In this document: positions 46,447 to 57,999 of the stretch, one piece after another | Numbering within the stretch: the stretch's first letter is position 1 | How the letters are laid out: every line of letters starts with the position of its first letter | From: Dudresnaya verticillata | Lineage: Eukaryota | NCBI GenBank assembly: GCA_977862235.1 | Contig: OZ374558.1 | Location: 1,984,001-2,048,000, forward strand | Direction: 5' to 3' | Length of the DNA: 64,000 nt | Translations under genes and position numbers: made by a program | Notes under the pieces: model-generated | Databases searched by the model: none | Seen by the model: the letters and a program-made list of their open reading frames with translations, nothing else | Told to the model about the DNA's origin: nothing

Positions 46447-47574
46447 CTACATACTACCGATAATGTCTTGGAGCACCCTGTAATCTTCGTCTTGAACGTC
46501 AGAAACACTCTCTAAGTACGTAAAGTATTCCTGTATGGCAGGAGGCACTGAGCTACACAGGCGAGTGATCGGGGTTCTGAGCTTCATCATTAAAATCTCA
46601 TCTGCTTCGATATCCTGATCCCAAATTAATTTGCCTTGCAGCATGTGTAGAAGTACATATCCTAAGCTTTCAAATTCATCGGCTGGAGACTGAACGTGAT
46701 GGCAATGTGCAGCTATTGGGGCATATATCAACGTCCCGACGAACGGCACCTCAACCTGCTCAGCTTCTTGAAAGAAACATGATGTACCAAAATCGATTAC
46801 ATGTATGTAGTTGAGGTTGTCTCGATCGAACACAATATTTGCAGGTTTAAGGTCGCGGTGAAGATAGCCAAGACCATGCAATTTTCGAAGGCGATGGAGC
46901 ACCTGGATTCCGATACTAGCTGTGAGTTTGGCAGATAGGCGCCCTCCACTTACATCCATGAGAGATTCGATAGAGGGACCATGCAAGTTCATGACCATAA
47001 AAGGATAGCCCGAATGACTTGCGAGATATCTGCAAGGTGGAAAATGTTCCGGATACCTCTCGTTCAATATTCTATAGAGTCCAAATTCCAAATTAACGAA
47101 TGACGCATCCACTTCGAGTGGGTTATTTTCCACCTTGACTGCGGCAGTCTCATTTCGGTGCAAATCAAATGCCTCATAGACACCGCCGCATGCGCCGCTA
47201 CCAATCTTCCTTTTCAGAGCCCACCGGCCAGCTAGAAGCTCGCCTTCGAATGCAGGCGCGCGCACTGGATGACTCAGCTCTTCTTCAGATTGCATTTTTT
47301 GTTGTCTCACCTGACCCGTGGCAGCGCCGGTAGGTAACTCGTATGCCTCTTTTGACAATCTAGCTTCCACAATATTCTTGCTTTCAATGACATGGTTTTT
47401 TTCAATCGGCTTCAAATCGCGGTTTTGATTTTCATGACGCTTGTCCCCGGAAACATTGATACCCCCAATCTTCAGGTCCTTCATTCTGACTGAGACGAAG
47501 ATATTCTGGCCCGAGTTTCGTCCAGCTACAATGGTGCGAAGGGAAGTTTTTTGTTGAGAAAATGCTTGTCCCAT
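46447..47574 (-). CDS. Divergent casein kinase 1-like kinase, copy 3
   Basis: Translation identical to copy 2 (offset 32,705). Confidence 0.9.
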   Translation of the reverse strand: MGQAFSQQKTSLRTIVAGRNSGQNIFVSVRMKDLKIGGINVSGDKRHENQNRDLKPIEKNHVIESKNIVEARLSKEAYELPTGAATGQVRQQKMQSEEELSHPVRAPAFEGELLAGRWALKRKIGSGACGGVYEAFDLHRNETAAVKVENNPLEVDASFVNLEFGLYRILNERYPEHFPPCRYLASHSGYPFMVMNLHGPSIESLMDVSGGRLSAKLTASIGIQVLHRLRKLHGLGYLHRDLKPANIVFDRDNLNYIHVIDFGTSCFFQEAEQVEVPFVGTLIYAPIAAHCHHVQSPADEFESLGYVLLHMLQGKLIWDQDIEADEILMMKLRTPITRLCSSVPPAIQEYFTYLESVSDVQDEDYRVLQDIIGSM

Positions 47575-48521
47575 ATTTGCGTTCTGATTTGAATACTCTG
47601 TGGCTCGAATGCTGTTCCGAAACGTTGCGGAAGAAAGCTTTGATAAGCACTTATTGACGGGGTGTTCTTTGGAGAGCTTGTTTTTCTCAAGAAAGTTTAT
47701 GTATAAAATGAACTCTAGCGTCATTACGGCACGGCCCAAACCTTTTTTCCTTTTTTTCTATATTTGTGACAGCACTTGGGAATCACACCTACAGTGGCAA
47801 TAAACTTTATTGGGAGCATGGTACCATCATTGCAGGCATCACAGAAGTCACGAAAAGATTACTCGGTCTTGGAACGCGTTTGCCACGTCACACACAAGCA
47901 TCCAACAGTATACTCACAGAATATGTAGGATGTGCTCGACCTGGGTAGACAGCATTTAGCACATTATCGATAAAATGAAGTCGGCAGATAGTTAGACGTG
48001 AACACGAGCAGTTGTTCTTCAACGTAAATTCCGGAGTGTAACCCTTTCTTAATTGTGTCCATAAAGAGAAGGCCTTTTTTGTCAACTAATGTCCCACCCA
48101 AACGACAAGGGTTGCTGTAGCCGTTGTTCTATAATGAAGGATGACAAATACTTTCTTTACAGCAACAAGTTTCCCATGGCGGACATCTCGGCCATGTTTT
48201 CTACGACATGGGTTTATTCGCGCAGTTGCAGAACGCCTCCACGTCGTATCTTTATTACGGCATTTTAATGCAACAACCTTTTTGTTTCAGCGCTGTCGCA
48301 CACTCAGCGCATTTTTTGTGCCGTCCTCCTATTCTATTGCCTACGATATTCGCAAGTAGCGTAGCCATATCCAACCGTTGTGAAAAAGAAGCCATGTCGA
48401 ATTGCCGACTCCTTCCATTTTTAGTATTATTTTTAACGCAGTCGTACCTGATTCGTCCAGTCGCCTCATTCGCATCGCCGATTGGCCGTGCGCGATTTGA
48501 TCCCAGATATTTTGTACAGAG

Positions 48522-48559
48522 AGAGAGAGACCTTTATTAAACAACAAGAGAGAAGCAAC
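48522..48559 (-). mobile_element. 38-bp remnant of the CRE-like 3' terminus between 9-bp direct repeats
   Basis: tgtacagag-agagagagacctttattaaacaacaagagagaagcaac-tgtacagag, at the same site that carries the 477-bp fragment in units 1 and 2. Confidence 0.8.
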
Positions 48560-49559
48560 TGTACAGAGCGCGGAGCGACGCCGAGCGGCAATCGCTCCAA
48601 TCACCTCCATCCCGGCCGTGATCCCTCCTCGTCCGAGTCGCGCCAGCGCCCTTTTCAGACAGCGACGAAAAGAGCACGTGTCCTTGAATCGAGCGTGTGA
48701 TCAAGCGTCAACCGTGAGGCGGAATCGGCGCGCGTGGGCAGCAGCCGCGCGGCGACCACAGTGGCACCCATGGAGTCACCGTCGCTGCACAGGAGGCTTT
48801 TCGACAAGTCGCGTCTACGCTGCCCCGCAGACGCGAGCATGCGTAAATCAAGATGCATTGAAAGCGATGCGCACATGGTGGGCAGTATCAAGACAGAACA
48901 GGTACTACAGGCGGTTCAGTTGAGATCAAGTGGAGCACGACGCAATGTTGAAGCACATGGCCATAATGCAGAAAGAACAGGCCTCACAGACCGTATGCTG
49001 GTGCAACACAATCAAGTAACAGCAAGTGAAGAGCAGTTGTCCCATTGCGGCGGTGGTGTCTGCGAGACACGGCAGAGTAGGGTGCTTTCACAGCTGCTTT
49101 GACAGAGCCGGCAAACGGACCAACGGAAGGGAAGGATGGCGCTGCAGCGGTACGGGTTCTCTGCGAGAGTGCGCAACCGACGCAGCACGCAAAGGGACAC
49201 AACTCTGGGATGCATGGTGCTCAAACGCGTAGTGCGAAGCGCTGAGGATATTTCGAAGACGCGGAAGGGATCGGCGTGGCAGGAGTACGTGCCAGCGGTC
49301 ATGTACAAGACGAGACGAGCTCGCCGGGACGCATGACAGTTCTGGAAAATCCGGGTGCGAGCCAGCTGCGAGTCCCGTGGTGCAAGGGGATTCTCAAGAT
49401 CCTGAAGCTGGCGGTTGGTTGCAGGGGCAGCCGCGGCCATTTCAAGACGCTGCAAAACACTGCCAGCCACGAAGGAAGGGCAGCTAGCGAAATTTGATGG
49501 TATTCGGGCACTCCACGCCGAAAGCGTAGATTCTTTCACACCCAGCCCGTAAGCCGAAA

Positions 49560-51045
49560 ACACTGTTCACAACATAAACCAAGCGTTTCGGACAGAATGT
49601 CCGAACCGACGGCAGACCGGATCTTCCTTTGATACGAACTTCTGGAGTCGCTTGTCCATGCTGCAGCACCGTCAATATTCGTTATCCTAGGGGCTGCATG
49701 GGCGTGTCGTGAAAACACAAGAATGCTGCGAGAGGCTATGCGCTTGGCCACTTTTCTGTTTGTAGCACAGCGGACAGCGGACATTGCGCAAAGAAGGACA
49801 AAAGTAGGCAAATTGCTTAGAGTGGCACATCAACGTTTTACGTATCTGGTACCGTGGCCCGGTCGTGGTCCCGTCGTGGTCCGGTCGTAGCCCCGTCGTG
49901 ATCCCGTTGGCGATGATGGTCATGACGGCGTTTTATAGCGTTGACGGCGACGAGCACTCTGAATGTTTCTCTACTCTGACACCGGCACCTGAGGGTACCT
50001 CAATGGCGTGGAAAAGGCCTCGAAAATACGAAATGACGTGCGTCCTGGCACCCAAACAGCCCGACGTCTCGGCCCGTCGATGTTCAGCCGTTCGGTGTGA
50101 ACTTGAGTGTAACTCAAGCCGATCGACTGCAAGCGACTGTGTATCCCATCAGCCACCACGATGAACACGTGTGCTCAACCACCTGGCATCTAGCACTTGC
50201 ACAGGTTGCAGCGGGTTGTATAGCGCGTTGTAATTGTGGGCTACGCAGCTGACGACGCAGCTGGCGACGCAGCTAATGACGCAGCTGATGGAGCAGCATT
50301 AATCGCCATGCTCGATTCCATTTCTACGTCTGCTGGCTTTTTTGCATCGAGCGACTGTAACAGGACCTGGACAAGCAGAGCTCTGGTCGCTTTGCCCACC
50401 ACCATAAATGCGCACAGCTCTACTTGCACGCTTCGTCGCACAGCGAAAGCCTTGTTTATGATTGTATACAATTGTTCAACACAGATAAAAGTAGAGCCGT
50501 TCCGTTTCTATTTTCTACTGCCGTTGGCGAGCTAACACGAGCAGCTTTGCTCGCAGCAACGCATGCAACGCTTTGCTCAAAGCAATGCGTGCATTTTGAA
50601 TAAGTGTTTATGTTCATGCATGACGCTGATTGTCGTTGTGCAATGTTGCTACGGAAATGGATGAACACACTACCATCAATACGTAGAAAGCATAGAATGC
50701 ATATAATGCATAGTACCGTTGCGCGCCGCCTTACCCCCCGCTCTTCTCAGAAAGCGCTATCACAGTACCATCTTGTTACCGACCCCCCCGATGCGTACGT
50801 GCGCAAATCCGTTACTGCCAAGATACGTTACGTGACAACCATATGTGAACTCAATCGCAACTGACTTTGGGACAGCTGCACATTAGCAACAGCATCCAAA
50901 TCTGGCTCAAACATTTGGCGTCGTTCATTCATCGAGTCCAAGCCTTCCGCGGCGTAAACCGTAAACTTTAATCTTAAACCGTAAACCGAAACCTTAAGCC
51001 GTAAACGGTAAACTGTAAACCCAAAACGGTAAGAAGAACTGTGTT
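49560..51045. repeat. Diverged module B copy
   Basis: Shares ggccacttttctgtttgtagcacagcggacagcggacattgcgcaaagaagga, the 12-mer array and the heptamer array. Confidence 0.85.
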
Positions 51046-51546
51046 CGCTCGGATGAATGTGGTGCACGACGCCTCGTGATCCACTTAGACTTTCGGGCTC
51101 CTTACCAATCATCTGCATGCGAACGTTTGTAACTACCCACTAGCTTTCGCGTGGTACGCGTTCACACCTTTCAAATATATGGAAATGTTGTTGCATCATG
51201 TGCTCATGTGCGTCGGTTCCGATGTATACTCTGAAGCGAACTGCATTTCTCACTTTCTGATAATCGTTTCCTTTAATTGACAGAGATGGAGTTGTACGTA
51301 ACGTCATTAATCGCCAACAAGCATTTTGTTCTTCTGTTTATTGTTCGTTTCCTTCTCGTGAAGTTAACGTTTGGAATGAGTGTCCGTTCATTTCTCACTA
51401 AACCCTACCCTCCTTTTTAAAGTACGCTGAACCCATAAATCCCATACCAACTGTAGCATTAGCACGTACCCATCTTCCGCACCAACTGTTGCACCAACAG
51501 GTACTATCGAGACGAACAAAAACTGATTTAACGTTTGGACAGAGCC

Positions 51547-52908
51547 ATGCAGTCTCTCGGAAATAACATTCCCACCGAGCAATGTTCAGACCATACTTGT
51601 GCCGGCAGTCTCGCACTTTGTACACTTTGTGGCATATTGACACATCGCATACTCCCTTGCAGGCGGAAGCCGCGAAGTTGTTGCAAAACTGGGCTATGTA
51701 TTGAGTGCATAGAGACCTATCAGAAACACATTGCTAGACTTTCAAGACAGGAGCTTCGGAATTGGCTGCGCTCCACGTGTGATGTGGAGTTCATGATTGG
51801 AGAAAAAGAGCGCAGAGACGACGAACAGATCGAAGAAGAGAAGAAGAAGAGAGCTATAGAGGTCAAGGTAGCTAAAGACCGAAGAATCAAAAAGAGGAGG
51901 GAAGCTAGGAGAAGGGCAAGGGGATTTACAAAAGCAAAGAAGAAAACCCTACAGGAAGCCGCCGATGAGGAGATCTTCTTTCGTCACTTGGTTATGGATT
52001 CACCTCAAGGAATTTCTCAAGAAAATCTTCCGTCATGTCCGCATCCTGAACATGGCGAAGAATGGAATCCTGTAGACGATAACGCTTCTGGCAACGTCCC
52101 TCCATCTGCTGTAAATGCAGCAAAATCTGAGACTGAAGCCGCCAGAAACCCAAGTGCTGAAGGTTCTTCTCCAAACCGGCCAATGCCACCAGCTCCGAAC
52201 GAAAGCGATGCAACAGGAGTTGAGTTCGGACTCTTGTCTTTTGAACATACCTTTGCACTGGTCCAGGAAATGCAAACGATGGCTCTGACAAGAATCAAGT
52301 GCATGTCATGCCGCCGCAAAGCACAAGGGCAACAGATGTACACCTGTTTCAGGAGTACTTTTGAAGGCTGCGAGAATGGATTGTGCATCTCTTGTGCTGT
52401 GGTATTCGGAGATCACCTGCTCAAATTGAGCGGCGAGGAGCTCGGGATGTGGAAATGCTGGGACTGTGAAGACAAGCAGGGTGGGCCGACGAGAATTACA
52501 ACAGGAAACTCTCAAGTCCAACTGGAAGCCCCTCCGGGAGAAAGCTCAGCGTCAGCGGCAGGGCATACAAAACCAGAGCAGCACCTCATTTATCCTGTGG
52601 CAGGCGATAAAAAAGGGCCCTGTGAGCTTCCGGAAGCAGTACGGCATGTGGACGGAGAAGCGGCATCGGTGGTGCCAGTGGGTCAACGCTCTGTTGGTCA
52701 TGGGACATTCAACAGTTGTGCTCATCAAAACAGCGCCGATGCGACATTCCGGGACGCCACGCCGCGGAAGCGGAGACGGGAGTGCGGACCGAAAGATAAC
52801 TCAAAGCCTGGTGGTGCGTGTTCGAAACCCGCTTGTGTGCCAGACGAAGACGAACGTACGACGCAGCGAGGGGAAAAGGAGCTGAAGATAGAACCGCGGC
52901 GTGAATGA
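51547..52908 (+). CDS. Cys-rich protein with two related putative zinc-binding domains and a K/R-rich segment
   Basis: Two related motifs in a ~453-aa ORF: CTLC..PCRRK..CKTGLCIEC..W and CMSCRRK..C..C..GLCISC..WKCWDC. Exon structure unknown. Confidence 0.7.
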   Translation: MQSLGNNIPTEQCSDHTCAGSLALCTLCGILTHRILPCRRKPRSCCKTGLCIECIETYQKHIARLSRQELRNWLRSTCDVEFMIGEKERRDDEQIEEEKKKRAIEVKVAKDRRIKKRREARRRARGFTKAKKKTLQEAADEEIFFRHLVMDSPQGISQENLPSCPHPEHGEEWNPVDDNASGNVPPSAVNAAKSETEAARNPSAEGSSPNRPMPPAPNESDATGVEFGLLSFEHTFALVQEMQTMALTRIKCMSCRRKAQGQQMYTCFRSTFEGCENGLCISCAVVFGDHLLKLSGEELGMWKCWDCEDKQGGPTRITTGNSQVQLEAPPGESSASAAGHTKPEQHLIYPVAGDKKGPCELPEAVRHVDGEAASVVPVGQRSVGHGTFNSCAHQNSADATFRDATPRKRRRECGPKDNSKPGGACSKPACVPDEDERTTQRGEKELKIEPRRE

Positions 52909-54739
52909 AAGCTGGCAATGGTGGAGTGACTTACAGGGAGGTGTTGTGGTGATGAACAAGGGCTTGGGATATTGCATTGTTTAGTGGTGTTGTTTTCAGG
53001 GGGTTTGAGCCTTGTGCTACTTTGTATTCTTGCGGCGAGTCCACCAGACAGGAGGGACTAAAGATTTGTGCGTACTGTTGAGTAGAAGGTTCCAAGTTGC
53101 ACTCTCTTTCGATTACGCTGTAGCGATATAGCAGCAGCTCATTGTTGCGTCGAAGGACGGCGGAACAGAAGGGCACGCATGATGAACCGACGACGATGTA
53201 CTCACATGTACACACGAGGCATTGCGCAAGTCTACTGATGATGGGACTGCGCGTTTGCAGAGCTCCGCCCGAGTTCCGTTTGTAGTCTTTCAAGCGAGAA
53301 GGGACATGAAGAAGCTGAAAGGCTTAGCGCTGAAGCGTCTCCCTCCAGCATCGCTGAATCGCCCGCGCGAGTGAGTTCCTTGTCAGCTGCAAGTACAAGC
53401 AGAATGGGCCGCAGGAAATGTGTACACCCCATGCCATTTGATTGGCCGTGTCAAAGCTGCGGTGCAAATGATTGGCGCACGGTCGAATTTGAATTGCGTT
53501 TCGGCACGCAGACCGCAGCATGCGAATGGAGCGGCTTGAAGAACTGCGCTGGTCTTGACATTGCAATAAAGATCTCTCTCGGGGACTCAGGGCTTATCCG
53601 TTGATAATTAACAGAACATTGGTATGTCTTTTAGTGTGATGAGCTATCCTCTCCGAGTCCCCAACTCCAACAATGTAGAAAATTATCTTCCACCAAAGTG
53701 CCTCTATACAATTCAGAATTACCAAAACCCCTCCCACGCGAATAGGTACATTTCAGGTCAAGCTGTCGATTTCGCGTATTGCCGAAACGAATGCATTTTA
53801 AATTCAGCAATGTTAAAATACCATAATCTCAACCTCCTTCATGGAAGGAAAACTTTGGTTCTGAACCAAACTATGGAGCGACCCGCAACTGAACTACAGC
53901 AAATAAGACAAGACCAAAAAGGCGATTAACCGAGTACAAGATTTAACTACAAACAGAAATAATGTTCGCGAAGAGCGTGAAAAGAGTGGATAGTGCGGCA
54001 GAGTACGGGGAACCAATAAATAATCCTGTATAAAAGATGACACCACGTGGAAAAGGAATCGGCATTAGCTTATATCTCCACGATATCCATGCTTTTCACC
54101 TCCTTTGCATCCTTGTTCTCGTTGTTTATGAGCGCTGGTAATCAACCGGTCTATTGAGGTGTTTTATCTCGGATTTTTTCTTGCGAGATGCAGGGTTGCA
54201 AGGTCCGCGACGATCGGTCACTTGGCAAGTTTCCACCGCAACCAGGCACTCTACCGGTGACATGACAGCGGTTTGGCCAAGCGCCGCTATGGGTTTTTCT
54301 GCGACAAAACTGCGCCCATCAGTCGTGCCGGCGTTCATACAACATGGCGACTGTTTGTCAAATGGTACAATGCTCCAGACGCGTTTAAAGGTAATTGGTG
54401 TATCGAACCGCAGCTCGAAAGATTTCGCTACCGTATCATCATCATCACGACTTTATGGAAACAAAACGAACAAAGGGAAACCGTACCGAATGAGGGCTGT
54501 GAAATGGCCGTACATCTCTCCTCTATGAAGCTTCTGCAAAAGTTGTGATCATGGCGATGCGAACCTTTCACTGTTCCCTGAATCCGAACTTGCAGTTACT
54601 CGAGTGCCACATCTTTCGGGTATTGTCCATTTGGCAACTGCTTGAGTCCAGGCAAAACAAGATGCTCATGATTTAATGAGCCAGCAACTGAGCCCATTTA
54701 CCCCACAATGGTGCTGTGGACACAGACCATAAGCCCCAC

Positions 54740-55690
54740 ATGGGACATGAAGCAATTTCCGACAAATACGGGAGGCGATCTTCTTGGGCGATTGGGATTG
54801 GTTCGGCGGGGTCGCCCATGGCACAACCGCTGTTTTTCTTCAGCGCAAACCACCGGTTGGCCTTGCTCTCCGTCCGCATTCGCAATAGCGTTGGCAGCTG
54901 TATCTGCAAATCTGCTTGCTTGCGACGTTACGACAAGTGCGGGTCGCATCTGAAGCCCGGGTACCAGGGGTGCTTGTCGCGGGTGTACCGTAAAGTGTAC
55001 CTGAAGAAAATGAAGGCTATAACTAATAGTGCCGGCAAGACAGCCACACGGTGCCACTTCCATAGCGTTAATTTGAAAAGGTGTGTCGCGAACGAAGGTA
55101 TCCCGGAGCTGACGCGGAGGAACTGCTTTCCCTATGAGACGAAGGGTGGCAAGTACGGATACGAGGCTCCGGGGCTAACACAGGTTACGACGGGCATGTG
55201 CAGCTCATGTCATTGCTGCTGCCAAAACTGTGATTACAATCGGATGGCACGCCTCAGCAAAGTAGTGAAGCACGACATTCTGGGAGAAGTTTTGTTCGTT
55301 CTGAAGATTGACTGTTCCGGGCCTTACAAGGGGAGAGAATCTTTGGATGTTTTGAGCATAAACGATGGAAACGTCCTTTCGTATCAAGTCGGGGCGGCTG
55401 AGCCAAACGACTTTGTCATTGACTGTGAAATAACTGCATCATCCAAAGGAAACATCCTGGTTATAAGCAGGGGTCTACAAGTGCAAGTATATCTCGTGCA
55501 TTTTGATCGGAACTGTCGAGATGAGTCCACGCTGCGGCTAGATTCTGTTCTGGAACGCAGTTTCTCCGCGTCACGAACGATGGATTCCGGTCGTATGTGT
55601 GAGGTCGCGAAAGCTTCGTTTTCAGTCGACAAAGAATTTCTCACTCTATTCGCACAATGGTATCATAAGACCGGAAACCATCGTTCCTGA
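54740..55690 (+). CDS. Hypothetical protein (~316 aa), C-terminus involved in an inverted duplication
   Basis: Long ORF whose last ~80 codons have an indel-free paralogue on the opposite strand. Confidence 0.45.
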   Translation: MGHEAISDKYGRRSSWAIGIGSAGSPMAQPLFFFSANHRLALLSVRIRNSVGSCICKSACLRRYDKCGSHLKPGYQGCLSRVYRKVYLKKMKAITNSAGKTATRCHFHSVNLKRCVANEGIPELTRRNCFPYETKGGKYGYEAPGLTQVTTGMCSSCHCCCQNCDYNRMARLSKVVKHDILGEVLFVLKIDCSGPYKGRESLDVLSINDGNVLSYQVGAAEPNDFVIDCEITASSKGNILVISRGLQVQVYLVHFDRNCRDESTLRLDSVLERSFSASRTMDSGRMCEVAKASFSVDKEFLTLFAQWYHKTGNHRS

Positions 55691-55897
55691 TGCGGAGAAC
55701 CTTCGTTCCAGAACAGAAACTAGCCGCAGCACGGCCTCACCTCGACAGTTCGGCTCAACTTGTACGAGATATAATTGCATTTGTAGACCCCTGCTTGTAA
55801 CCAGGAAGTTTCCTTTGGGTGATACAGTCATTTCACGGTCAATAAGGAATTCGTTTTGCTCAGCCGCCTCGACTTGATACGAAAGGACGCTTCCACC
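55364..55897. repeat. 234-bp diverged inverted repeat with a 66-bp spacer
   Basis: 55364..55597 vs the reverse complement of 55664..55897: no gaps, about 32 mismatches by hand. Confidence 0.92.
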
Positions 55898-57999
55898 ATA
55901 ATGACGTCCTCGGTTCCATTCACGAAGATGTCTGCAATCCTCTTGGTCACTCCAGGGAATGGTGGTTTCGTCCGACATGACGCCACTAAGCCTCTCAGAA
56001 TCCCATCGGCTCACAACCACCACCAATAATTCCCGCACAAATCCCCGCCGGAACCGCAGTCTCCTGCCTCAGTCTCAATCGCCCTAACCATAGAAGAAGA
56101 AGACTTCTCTACCACTCTCGACTGACCATCCGACAAACGATCCTACCGAACCGAGTGACCCCCCTGCCCTTCCGACAGAGCCTCCAGTGCCGCTTGGGAT
56201 ATCTCTACGAAATGAGGCAACTCCGACTACCTTGCTAGGCCAATCTGCCTCGTCCGCGACTGACATCCCACGGAAATATGTCGCATCCCCAGCATTGACA
56301 TATATCGCCGTCAAACTAGGTCGCATCCTGGAGAAACCAAGATTGTATAAAGGCGAGTTGAAATCCTCCGGTATCGCCTCTTCGAAGTTGGTTGTGCACA
56401 TGTGGGATCGGTATCACCGCGAAAGCAACAAAAACGATACAGACAGACGGATCGATACGACGCACGCTCATTGCAAACTTGATGCATGTGTAACACATGC
56501 ATTGATGCTGCGGATGGGTCATTTTTCTCGCGTGTGAGGCGAGGCTGGCCCAAAGCGGTAGCTAAGTAAAACAATTTGCGGGCGGAACGCCGAAAGCTTC
56601 TCTGTACTGTTTTCCACAGCGGTAGAGCAATTAGGGAAAGTCTTTACGACCCCGCAAATAGTCGTAACAAACGTTGTGGTGCAAATGTCCTGCATAAGGC
56701 TGATACCGTTGCTTTAGACATCAAGCGCTTCTGCGCCAACCTCCCATGTTCGCAAGCATGTCCTCCAACACGTTCAGCAATTGGCCAGAGCAGCTCAAAT
56801 AACAGTGTAGGGCTCGGCACTTGGTATCCAAAACCAGAGTGCAGGAGACAAGAATTTGTTGAGTGTACGGTGCACAGGTTACACAGAGTTGTTCCAGCGT
56901 AAAGCTTGAACTAAGTGAGGAGATACAGCCCCACGAACATACTGCATTAAAATGAATCAGGGTGTCGACACTTCATGGCGACAAAGAAGCTGGAGGTATA
57001 TCGAATCCGCGAGGGATCACTGCTCCACTGTGGGTTTTTGATACATCTCGCTGTTGATAAATCCCCACTCCACTCGGGGCACTACTGCAGTGAGATGTTT
57101 TGTTTGGAAACCGCCTCCATTCACTTCAAGCTGTAACACACTTAAAGTCCGGCTGAGTAAAAGTATATTATCACTTCAAGCACAAGGGAGTTTTCTTTTA
57201 ACGGAAATAGCGACCGAGAGGAGTCGCGAATGAGAGAAGGTCATCAATTGCCGTCTGCCAACGGTATAGTACTCGTTAAGGTACTAAGGGACCATTCTGA
57301 TTGGTACTACAATTAAAATGCCTATGCAACAAGTAACCTGGTAATGGTCTCATGTGCAGACCATACGGTAAGTTGAAGGATCATTCTGACGCAGCGGAAC
57401 GCAACCCCTTTCATCGACCCATTCACTTTAGTTTAGCCTACTTCTGACAAACGAATTCAAAAGGCTTAAGGGTTCTTGTGATGAAAAACTTTACAGGAGA
57501 GGATTTGGAGTGCGTCGGCTTCGTCTGCAAAGGCCTGGGTTCTTGTGACATCGTTACATGGTCGGAACGATTCAATTATTCGACGCTAAAGCCTTCATTC
57601 CCGCCGTCATTTTCATATCTGTAACTGCTGGGCCAGGTCAAGTAACGACAGTTCTCACGGGGATACAACGACAGAAATCCTTAACTTAGAAATACCCTGT
57701 GCTCCTTACTTCCGAGAGAGACGGGGAACGTGATTAAGAAAGGACATTTAGGGACGCTAGTTCGCAACAGTATCTAACGGGCCGAAGACGTTTCCGAGTC
57801 GTTGGCATAAACAGCTCAACTCCATCGCTACACTGATGACCGCCCACTCTCATTTCGGAATAACGTTCAAACTTCAAGCGCTGGCGACAGTTCCATTCTT
57901 GACTGCATTAATCCCCAGAGTGCCGTTGCTAAGAATGGGAACGTCTCGCCATTTTTGTACAACGTTGGAGTCACAGAAATCGCCAGCTGGAACGAATCG

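Noticed and set aside
1..48790. Whole cassette as a giant DNA transposon or endogenous virus
   Set aside because: No TIRs, flanking TSD, intact transposase, helicase, capsid or polymerase genes were seen, and unit boundaries are irregular.
53290..53604. WPCQSCGANDW zinc-ribbon-like peptide downstream of the Cys-rich gene
   Set aside because: Could be a further exon, but the intervening frames have stops and no splice evidence is available.
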